The notes: generated from the letters alone by a model not told the origin. Shown: positions 18,897 through 26,254, numbered from the stretch's first letter. The stretch: 64,000 nucleotides of DNA from an uncultured Syntrophaceae bacterium (GCA_964492965.1 CAZBME010000001.1:43382-107381); one strand, 5' to 3'. Made by a program: numbers and translations.

Positions 18897-19691
18897 ATGT
18901 CCCCGGATACACCGGCTGATTTTGTCAAAGGTCAATTCTATCTCATTCCGTTGGCCGACCTACAGTCTGATCCTAATCAGCCAAGGAAATATCTGGACCC
19001 CCAGGCCCTTGACGAGCTGATTGCATCTGTTCTGCGTCATGGGGTTTTGGAACCTATCCTTTTTCGCTGCTCCAAGCTGGGTATCCTGTATGTTGTCGCA
19101 GGAGAACGGCGATGCGCTGCGGCAAGGAAAGCAGGACTCGTTAATATTCCTGCCATCTATGTTGACGACAACCACGCGGAGATCGCCCTTGTGGAAAATC
19201 TCCTGCGCCAGGACCTGACGGCCATTGAAGAGGCTGAAGCCCTGGATCGGATGATGCGGGATTATAATTACAAGCAGGAAGATCTCGGAAGGATGCTTGG
19301 CAAATCGCAACCGGCCATTTCCTTGATACTATCCCTGAACCGCCTGCCGAAGGAAGTCCGGGATGAATGTCGTGCAGACCCGACAGTCCCAAGATACATC
19401 CTCGTCGAAATCGCCAAAACCAAGCAACAACGGGGCATGTTGACGCAATACCGTCATTACAAGACCAGGAAGCTATCAAAAGAGAGTCTTAAAAAGCAAT
19501 CCCGGACAAAACGCAAGACCTATACGGAGATCCTCCTGGCATCAATGGCGGGCCTTACCGGAAGAATTAATAAGCTGGACATGACAGGATGGGCTGACGC
19601 GGATAGGGATAACCTGCTCCTTGCCATCTCGGAACTACAACGGATCGTAGCCGATAAATTCCGGATAGATGTGTCGGCCCGGCATGATTAA
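18897..19691 (+). CDS. Orphan ParB/Srx-fold protein with HTH (ParB-like; no ParA partner)
   Basis: 264 aa. RBS AAGGAGG precedes the ATG. ParB N-domain features include LEPILF and YVVAGERRCAAARKAG (GERR arginine patch), IALVENLLRQDL, the HTH QEDLGRMLGKSQPAISLILSLNRL, and a K/R-rich tail. Confidence 0.8.
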   Translation: MSPDTPADFVKGQFYLIPLADLQSDPNQPRKYLDPQALDELIASVLRHGVLEPILFRCSKLGILYVVAGERRCAAARKAGLVNIPAIYVDDNHAEIALVENLLRQDLTAIEEAEALDRMMRDYNYKQEDLGRMLGKSQPAISLILSLNRLPKEVRDECRADPTVPRYILVEIAKTKQQRGMLTQYRHYKTRKLSKESLKKQSRTKRKTYTEILLASMAGLTGRINKLDMTGWADADRDNLLLAISELQRIVADKFRIDVSARHD

Positions 19692-19779
19692 CGCCGTTCG
19701 GTAAAACAGAGAAGCTTATCGCATAGTGATTCAGGAGGCCAGAGGTCACGTGTCGACAAACGTTGTTCAACGCCGTGCT

Positions 19780-20345
19780 ATATCTAATAATTACAAATAC
19801 TTATTGCGTATTAAAATTTTCATAACACGACATTCCGATTCCGATTAAAGGCATTTCAAGCGCAACCATAAGGCCTCCTATATCTTATTCCCATCTGTAT
19901 TTTCCAAAGTTTATTAGCTATAAATTAATAATTTATGAGATAGTTTTAAGGTAAAACACATATTCTCTTTCGTTAGTAAATTTAAGGCAATTATTTCCAT
20001 TTTCTTATTACTTAATAATATAATGAAATAACTACTTAAATGCGACAATTATATATGCTTAGTTGAACAGAAACCTATTTAAATATTTTACATATTTTAT
20101 ACATATTCATTAATTTAACATAATTAGTATTTTATATTTATTAAGCATTATTATGAATATTCACTGCAAGTTACAGAATATATAAAATTAATCTTAATAT
20201 TACATAATAATATTAATGTATTTATTTCTATTTTTCATTTTTATCTTTAATAGATAACAGTTGTTATATCTTTGCTTTGAATAAAGTATTTTGCAGAGAG
20301 GGATCAATCATTTTTAACAGCATTATCACCATACGTGGGCCCTCA
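19780..20345. other. Extremely A/T-rich non-coding block downstream of the pilus operon
   Basis: Reading the sequence directly, there are long runs made almost only of A and T (for example 19980-20280). This contrasts sharply with the flanking coding DNA. No ORF is listed here. Confidence 0.8.
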
Positions 20346-20810
20346 TTAATAATTTATGGTGACGACAAGGCTCTCTCCGTATGTTCCTACATACACATCC
20401 TGTGCAGCAGGAATCCTCCCATAGACGGTCGCATTCCAGGGTGATTGTTTTCTCACGTACTGAGAGAGAGTTGAGGTTCCCGAGGTTCCATCCCCCCAAA
20501 TAGTCGTATAAGAGCTTGTCGTGTAGATGTTGTAATTCAATAAATCCGATCCGGCTGCTTGTTTCATTTTTCGCGGATTAAAACCACCGGAATTGATGCT
20601 GGAACCGATTGTCAGTTGCACATTACTGTAAACTGTACAGGCGACGGTGATCGTTCCCGTGGAATCCATATTGATGGAGCCCAGGGGACTATAGGCGCCG
20701 AAATTTACCCCCGTTGTTGAAACCGTACAGGCCCCCTGAACGGACACTGGGTATAGGGTAAAAACCAATATGGTCAGAATGATAAACCTACTTTGTGTTT
20801 TCAATGACAA
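20346..20810 (-). CDS. SCPU-domain (spore coat U / Csu-type) minor pilin, last gene of the pilus operon
   Basis: 154 aa. Signal peptide, then ACTVSTTGVNFGAYSPL...TGTITVACT and a C-terminal VGTYGESLVVTINY. TTG start; the second TTG at 20804 has better spacing from GGAGG. Confidence 0.8.
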   Translation of the reverse strand: MSLKTQSRFIILTILVFTLYPVSVQGACTVSTTGVNFGAYSPLGSINMDSTGTITVACTVYSNVQLTIGSSINSGGFNPRKMKQAAGSDLLNYNIYTTSSYTTIWGDGTSGTSTLSQYVRKQSPWNATVYGRIPAAQDVYVGTYGESLVVTINY

Positions 20811-23211
20811 TACCTCCTAAATCAATAATCATATCGTTTGATTCCGGTATGGTGAGCCTGAAGGAGCGGGACTTGCCCTCAAAGACAAATTCCGCCTTAT
20901 AAGTCCCCGGCGGGATGTTTTCCAGATAGAACTCACCGCCCCTGGCTGTCTGGCATTTGACCTCTTTGCCTGGAATATTTATTAATATTTCATAGTATTC
21001 CGCGGGCATTACGGAACCGTTGGCCCTGATGCTGAGAGTCCCCGTCATGGCCTGTGTTTTTGTCGCTTCAAATTTCAGAAGCGTTCCGCCCCGCAGAGCA
21101 GGCGCCACATAGCGATTAACTCCCGTAATACTATAGTTAACGGGAATATCCTTATCGTTGATGGACAGATAATTTTCTACATACGATCCGAGATTGGGAA
21201 TCACGACTTTACCGGCGCCATCCGTTTTGCCTATCTCCTGATTATTGTAGTAGGCGCGAACGCCCGGAAGATTGCCGACCTTGATCAGCGCGAAGCTGTC
21301 ATTGACCGGTCTTGAAAATCCTATTGTATTGCCTACATACACAATACTGCCCCCGGCGGAAAATTGATAGGTCTCATCGGCAGTTTTATCCTTTTCATAG
21401 CGTCCCCGGTACTCGGCAGAGTAGATACCATAGCGGCCGTTGTACTGCAGATAGGGATTGACTGCCGTGCTCATGGAACCATGGGACTCTTTCTCTTCAA
21501 TGGAGGCGCGATAGGACAGCCCCTCACCCAGGGGAGGATTCTTCTGTAATTGAATCATGCCGCTTTGAGTGTTTTGGTCTCTCTGGTAATTGGTCGACAG
21601 GGTTGTGTCTTTCCCCGGATAATAAGTGAAACCGACAAATACCTGGTTGTCGGGGTCACGCTGTTCGACATGCCGGAAGGAAAGGGACAGGGAGAGCTCT
21701 CTGGTCAAGCTGCGGGAATAGGATACGGAAAACGCTTGTTGGTCATCACCTGAATATTTACTCACCCTGGTGAAATCGAAGGATAGTGATCCAAGGCTTT
21801 TGTTCCCATAACCGATACCGGCGCCAACCTGATATCTTGTTTTTTCAACGGCAATTTGATTGGTGTTTTGCGTATTGACCGTGCCATACTCCTCTGTGTA
21901 GCCAACGAAAAGTAGTCTTGTATTGAAGTGCTTTCCCAGGTAGCTATGGTTTAAAGATCCGGCAAATCCCGGCTTCAGGCTTTCACCGGCGCTGCCCACC
22001 ACGGTGCCGTCCACAACGCCGTATTGCCCCAAACCATAGGTCAATTGAGGTCCGATATTGAGAAGGTTCCTTGTTCCTTCCCCCCTGATTCCAACAGTAG
22101 CAGACTCTGTGACGCCGTATCGATGAAAGGCCGAAACGGCCATGTTACTGTAGCTGTTGCTTTCAACGCCGTAGGAATCGCGGAGGAAGCCCGCATTATA
22201 ACTGTACTCCTGCCCCCCCCTGGAGAGAAGCGTTTCTGTAAAGTAAAGGGGATACTTCAACCTTTCTTCCCGACCAAAGGCATCTTTGACGCTGATCTCC
22301 AGATCATGGGTCCCGCTGAAAGCCATGATATTCTTCAGATCAAATCCGCCAGGCGAGAGTTTCTCGTTCCTGATGCGCACCCCGTCCAGATAGACATTAA
22401 CTTCAGACGGCAGCTTGGCAAACCCGGCATAGTTAAATGTCGGCTGCTTTAAGAAGTAGGGATTTATCGTGAAATTTTTTGAAAAGCTGATGCCCCCCAT
22501 CTGGAGAGTGCTTCCAACAGCACCGGATGAAGTGTAAAAATCGCCGGCTACCCATCGTTGCATGGTGGAGCGGTTATCATGGGTGATGCTGGTCATAAGT
22601 CGGGTAAAGCTTGAGTCATCGTTGCTTTTAGTAAACATGGAATCAGAAAGAAAAAGAATATCCGAAACTCGGACACCAAGCTGCTGCGTGGCTGACAAGG
22701 ATTCAAATTTCAATGAATCTGATGCATTGTGGGAAAAGCCATAGTTTAAAAAGAGGCTGTTATCTTGGGGATAAAGCACCTTCGGTTGCCGTGCATTTGT
22801 AAAATCAACGATATGCTTTTTCAGCAATCCCGGCTCAGCCAGGATATTAAGGGACAGCTTGTTCTGATTGTAAGCATATTTAACGCCCACCAGGGATTTC
22901 AGGGAAATGTATGTTTTTCCATCTACTTCTATGGAACGGCCTTTAGGATCGACAAATCCCAATGCATGGAAGTCCTCTTTATAAATGAGAAAATCCCCGT
23001 TGGTGAACATTTTGACTATATATTCTCCTTTTTTTTCCTCATTCACAAAGATGCTGACAATCGCCGTCTCTCCGGCCTGCTCTTCTGCCAAAACCCACAA
23101 CGGGTTTGCCAGACAGCCAAAGACGGCATACATGAGGATAAAGGCCAGCCTTATCCTGCATATAGTCAGGGCGCCTAAGATGCGGGCTGCATCGAAATCG
23201 ACAGCGGCCAC
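20788..23211 (-). CDS. Fimbrial outer-membrane usher (archaic/sigma Csu-type)
   Basis: 807 aa of beta-rich porin-like sequence, lying between the chaperone and the minor pilin. The C-terminal GGEFYLENIPPGTYKAEF is an Ig-like plug-type domain. GTG start with GGAG 8 nt upstream; the gene overlaps the preceding gene by 37 nt. Confidence 0.8.
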   Translation of the reverse strand: MAAVDFDAARILGALTICRIRLAFILMYAVFGCLANPLWVLAEEQAGETAIVSIFVNEEKKGEYIVKMFTNGDFLIYKEDFHALGFVDPKGRSIEVDGKTYISLKSLVGVKYAYNQNKLSLNILAEPGLLKKHIVDFTNARQPKVLYPQDNSLFLNYGFSHNASDSLKFESLSATQQLGVRVSDILFLSDSMFTKSNDDSSFTRLMTSITHDNRSTMQRWVAGDFYTSSGAVGSTLQMGGISFSKNFTINPYFLKQPTFNYAGFAKLPSEVNVYLDGVRIRNEKLSPGGFDLKNIMAFSGTHDLEISVKDAFGREERLKYPLYFTETLLSRGGQEYSYNAGFLRDSYGVESNSYSNMAVSAFHRYGVTESATVGIRGEGTRNLLNIGPQLTYGLGQYGVVDGTVVGSAGESLKPGFAGSLNHSYLGKHFNTRLLFVGYTEEYGTVNTQNTNQIAVEKTRYQVGAGIGYGNKSLGSLSFDFTRVSKYSGDDQQAFSVSYSRSLTRELSLSLSFRHVEQRDPDNQVFVGFTYYPGKDTTLSTNYQRDQNTQSGMIQLQKNPPLGEGLSYRASIEEKESHGSMSTAVNPYLQYNGRYGIYSAEYRGRYEKDKTADETYQFSAGGSIVYVGNTIGFSRPVNDSFALIKVGNLPGVRAYYNNQEIGKTDGAGKVVIPNLGSYVENYLSINDKDIPVNYSITGVNRYVAPALRGGTLLKFEATKTQAMTGTLSIRANGSVMPAEYYEILINIPGKEVKCQTARGGEFYLENIPPGTYKAEFVFEGKSRSFRLTIPESNDMIIDLGGIVIENTK

Positions 23212-23807
23212 GGGTATTCTCCGGCCCTGGCATCTTCGGACAGGACAAACCGGTAACTCAACTCGGCAGTGACGGTGCTTCTCGCATAGGGCTGATGGAT
23301 AAAAGCTCCCGCAGAATTAATCTGGACATCACGGGCCAGCCCGGACACCAGGACTTCCCGAAACGGCCATCCCAACCCTTCGAAGACAAGAATATAGCCT
23401 GATTTGTTATTATTCTTAATGGTCATCCGGGTAGCTGCCCGAATATCGACATAGCCCCGGTCAATGTCCTCATCCGTCAGCACCAGCACCGGATGTTGTC
23501 CGAGAATCGTAATCTGGGACCGCAAGGCAACGGTGGCTTTCACGCGGAGATCTGAATTTTTTACGCCGGTCGCTATTAATTCATGCCCCTCCAGAACTGA
23601 GGCACATGAAATAGCTGCGGTAAGGCCGGCTGCAATCAGGATGGATTGAAGCTTAAGCCCGCGCAGAAGATCTTTCTTATGGACATACCCTTTTTCCATA
23701 AGGATATGCCCAATTCTTTTTTTTGAATTCTCCTGCTCCTGCAGTGCCTCTGCCAATTCGCTATGGTTGATGCACCCGTGGTGAAGCAAAATTTGACCAA
23801 GTCTCAT
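23175..23807 (-). CDS. Single-pass membrane protein with an N-terminal tandem MshEN/T2SSE_N-type (c-di-GMP binding) motif and a beta-rich periplasmic domain
   Basis: 210 aa. Residues 2-25 are RLGQILLHHGCINHSELAEALQEQ, followed by the spacer ENSKK, then residues 31-54 RIGHILMEKGYVHKKDLLRGLKLQ. A TM helix SILIAAGLTAAISCASVL and about 135 further residues follow. GGAGG lies 9 nt before the ATG, and the start is 18 nt after the chaperone stop. Confidence 0.7.
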   Translation of the reverse strand: MRLGQILLHHGCINHSELAEALQEQENSKKRIGHILMEKGYVHKKDLLRGLKLQSILIAAGLTAAISCASVLEGHELIATGVKNSDLRVKATVALRSQITILGQHPVLVLTDEDIDRGYVDIRAATRMTIKNNNKSGYILVFEGLGWPFREVLVSGLARDVQINSAGAFIHQPYARSTVTAELSYRFVLSEDARAGEYPWPLSISMQPAS

Positions 23808-23825
23808 ATACCCCAGCCTCCTTTT

Positions 23826-24689
23826 TTACCGATTCTCGTATAACAGGCCAACCTTCGGCCCGCATTTCGCCTTCCCGTCCTGTCCGCACATGGCTTTTTC
23901 CACCCGGCCGCACATACTCTTGTCCATGGCAACACTTCGTTTGATTGTCGATTTATTCGTCTTCAATTCTACGTTCAGGTTCGTCATGTTGCTGCAAAGA
24001 TCTATGGGAATAGATGTTTCGTATATTTTTGAGGTTCCGCTCAATAGATACCAGCCGCCGATATCGCGGCTGAACGGCTCCATGCCCTGAGTGTTTTCCC
24101 CTCGCACATTGATGCCCGTCACCATAAAGTGATTGTTACCCTTGTTTTTTACAGTCACCTCAACTTTTCCATTATTTACGGAAATCTTGTCTATCTCGGC
24201 CTTATCTTCAACCCGGGGGGGATTGATGAACACGGGTATCCCGATTTTCATGAACAGGCGTATGCTTGCGCCTTGCGCCTCCCGTTCGGGTGAAGGCATC
24301 TCTTCGAGATATATTCTGTAAGTTCTCTCTCTGCTCCCGGGCATGATATTGGTCCCGATGCGAATAATCTTCTCTTCATCCTTTTTGATCGTGAGGATCT
24401 TGGGGAATATGATGATGTCCTTGGTTTCCTTATAAACGTCTTCCCCCTTTTCGTTCTGGCTCCATTCATAAGCTCTGATCTGAATGGGAAACTCCGTGTC
24501 GCTGACATTCTTGATCGTCAATTTTTCCAACTTCACTTTTTCATCCAGAACGATCCGGATGGGCTGGATATCAAAATTAGCTGCCAATACACCTGAACAA
24601 AACAGAATTGATAAAAATACAAATCCAGTTACGTAAGATAAATAAATATTTTTAATTGAATTGATTGTAAATTGCATTTCCCCCTCCAT
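23826..24689 (-). CDS. Periplasmic pilus chaperone (PapD-like, Csu-type) with a Cys-repeat tail
   Basis: 287 aa. After the signal peptide comes ANFDIQPIRIVLDEKVKLEKLTIKNVSDTEFPIQIRAYEW, typical of a chaperone N-domain. The true start is probably the Met at 24677, since GGAGG lies inside the first five codons. The C-terminal tail is KSMCGRVEKAMCGQDGKAKCGPKV. Confidence 0.8.
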   Translation of the reverse strand: MEGEMQFTINSIKNIYLSYVTGFVFLSILFCSGVLAANFDIQPIRIVLDEKVKLEKLTIKNVSDTEFPIQIRAYEWSQNEKGEDVYKETKDIIIFPKILTIKKDEEKIIRIGTNIMPGSRERTYRIYLEEMPSPEREAQGASIRLFMKIGIPVFINPPRVEDKAEIDKISVNNGKVEVTVKNKGNNHFMVTGINVRGENTQGMEPFSRDIGGWYLLSGTSKIYETSIPIDLCSNMTNLNVELKTNKSTIKRSVAMDKSMCGRVEKAMCGQDGKAKCGPKVGLLYENR

Positions 24690-24704
24690 TTCATGCCTGT
24701 AGCA

Positions 24705-24738
24705 AGAAGGGGCGAAACCTGCCGGTTTCGCCCCTTCT
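24705..24738 (-). promoter_or_regulatory. 15-bp GC-rich hairpin between the pilin genes and the chaperone gene (attenuator or mRNA stabiliser)
   Basis: AGAAGGGGCGAAACC (24705-24719) pairs perfectly with GGTTTCGCCCCTTCT (24724-24738), leaving a 4-nt loop. There is no clean U-tract after it on the minus strand. Confidence 0.65.
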
Positions 24739-24754
24739 CATTGAGAAATGATTT

Positions 24755-25216
24755 TTAGTACTCTACTGTAGCAACCAGGGTTGCAGTGTAACTGGCCGCT
24801 CCGACATCCTGGAGAGCGGCAATTCTTCCATAGATGTCCTTCGTGATGGCGCTGCCGTTGGCCGCCGTCGTCCCGCCGCCCGAATTATCTCCCGGATAGG
24901 CCGTTGTGCGGCCGGCATCTGAATAAAGCTGGAAATTCAAGGTGTCACCGCCGCCCGACATGGAACGTGTCCCCGTGATATAAGTCTTGTAGCTTGTGTT
25001 CTTCACGCACTGGAAAACCATATTGCCTGCTGCATCGGTTGCCGTACCGGTTGTCGGATCATAGGCGCCGAAGCTGATATCGCCGACGCTGGTAATCCTG
25101 CACGAAGACGACACGCTTGCTGAAACGGCCAGATTATTCGTTGCCGTTGCCGCCACAGCCATACCGGCCATAGCAACCATCAAAATAACCACTGTTACGA
25201 TAAATAACTTTTTCAT
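24755..25216 (-). CDS. SCPU-domain major pilin, paralog 2
   Basis: 153 aa. Signal peptide ending AVA, then the mature protein ATATNNLAVSASVSSSCRITSVGDISFGAYDP...ASYTATLVATVEY. RBS AAGGAGGA. Confidence 0.85.
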   Translation of the reverse strand: MKKLFIVTVVILMVAMAGMAVAATATNNLAVSASVSSSCRITSVGDISFGAYDPTTGTATDAAGNMVFQCVKNTSYKTYITGTRSMSGGGDTLNFQLYSDAGRTTAYPGDNSGGGTTAANGSAITKDIYGRIAALQDVGAASYTATLVATVEY

Positions 25217-25319
25217 GTTACATCCTCCTTGATTTTTTGTTTTTATTTAACTTCCATGTTTTTGAATGATAAACAGCTTTTGTTCTTACTTAAATATTCA
25301 CCTCCCTCCTTATTTTGGA

Positions 25320-25781
25320 TCAATACTCAACCGTCGCTACAAGCGTTGCCGTATAACTTGCGGCGCTGACATCCTGACCGGCGGCAATACGTCCATAAAC
25401 ATCTTTGGTGACGGGACTGCTGCTTGCCGACGTTGTTCCACCGACAGTATTGTCAATGGGAAAAGTTGCCGTGCGGCCAGCGTCCGTATAGAGCTGGAAG
25501 TTAAGGCTATCGGACCCGCCCGTCATGGAACGTGTCCCTGTAATATAGGCTTTATAACTGGTCCCTTTAACGCATCGAAGGACCACGTTTCCTGCCGCAT
25601 CTTTCGGAGTGGCACTTAAAGGATCATAAGCCCCGAAGTTGATATTACCCACGCTCGTGATCTGACAAGCGGATGTGACGCTCGCAGACACAACAAGATT
25701 ATTCGTAGCCGTAGCCGCTGATGCCTGACCAGCCGCCAGAACGAGGCTCAGGAGAAAAAGGGGCAAAAAATATTTTTTCAT
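25320..25781 (-). CDS. SCPU-domain major pilin, paralog 1 (first gene of the operon)
   Basis: 153 aa. The mature protein ATATNNLVVSASVTSACQITSVGNINFGAYDP...ASYTATLVATVEY is about three quarters identical to paralog 2 by eye. Confidence 0.85.
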   Translation of the reverse strand: MKKYFLPLFLLSLVLAAGQASAATATNNLVVSASVTSACQITSVGNINFGAYDPLSATPKDAAGNVVLRCVKGTSYKAYITGTRSMTGGSDSLNFQLYTDAGRTATFPIDNTVGGTTSASSSPVTKDVYGRIAAGQDVSAASYTATLVATVEY

Positions 25782-26192
25782 TTTTCCTCATTATTTTTGA
25801 TGTATTTACTAATTTTAATATTATTTTATATTTCTTAACGATGCTTCAATTTATCGGACAAATAATTTGAAACTTTAAAGTTAATTTTAATATTAAGATT
25901 ATAATTTAATTTATGTTCTAATATTATTAAATAGATTCGATACGTTGCAAATATTTAATTATTCGATAATTTAATTAATTATTGGCTTGAATAGCTGGAT
26001 ATATTTTAAATTATCATTTTATAAGCTGATAATTATGTGGAACCGAGGCACAAAGAAACAACGATGCGTGAAATAATATAAGTATAATAATATTATTATA
26101 TAATGTAATTATAATATATTTATACATTATTTTTATAATACAAGTAATAAATATTGTTTATTATGGAGCGCAAATTGTTCTATTGACGAAGC
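25782..26192. other. Extremely A/T-rich upstream region of the pilus operon, containing an 18-bp perfect palindrome
   Basis: The sequence is almost entirely A and T. TATAATAATATTATTATA at 26083-26100 is its own reverse complement. Confidence 0.8.
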
Positions 26193-26210
26193 ATGCGAGA
26201 TTTAGGGAGG

Positions 26211-26254
26211 GCAAAAAAAAAGGGATTTCTGCTCAATACTTTGCAGAAATCCCT
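26211..26254 (-). terminator. Intrinsic terminator of ahcY
   Basis: AGGGATTTCTGC (26221-) pairs with GCAGAAATCCCT (-26254). The A9 run at about 26211-26220 becomes U9 after the hairpin on the minus strand. Confidence 0.8.

Noticed and set aside
18515-18919. 134-aa ORF spanning the palindrome array and running into the ParB-like start
   Set aside because: It has no RBS, an implausible sequence, and contains the operator-like repeats. I treat the region as non-coding.
19741-19765. GGTCACGTGTCGAC just after the ParB-like gene, considered as a possible parS
   Set aside because: Only the CACGTG core resembles the canonical parS (TGTTTCACGTGAAACA). The flanks do not match, and the sequence is not an extended palindrome.
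26083-26100. AT-rich palindromes and shared ATAATAATATTA motifs in both pilus-flanking blocks, considered as the inverted repeats of an invertible (fim-like) promoter switch
   Set aside because: There is no site-specific recombinase nearby. The shared motifs are short and expected by chance in near-pure A/T DNA, and the two blocks flank the whole operon rather than a promoter segment.
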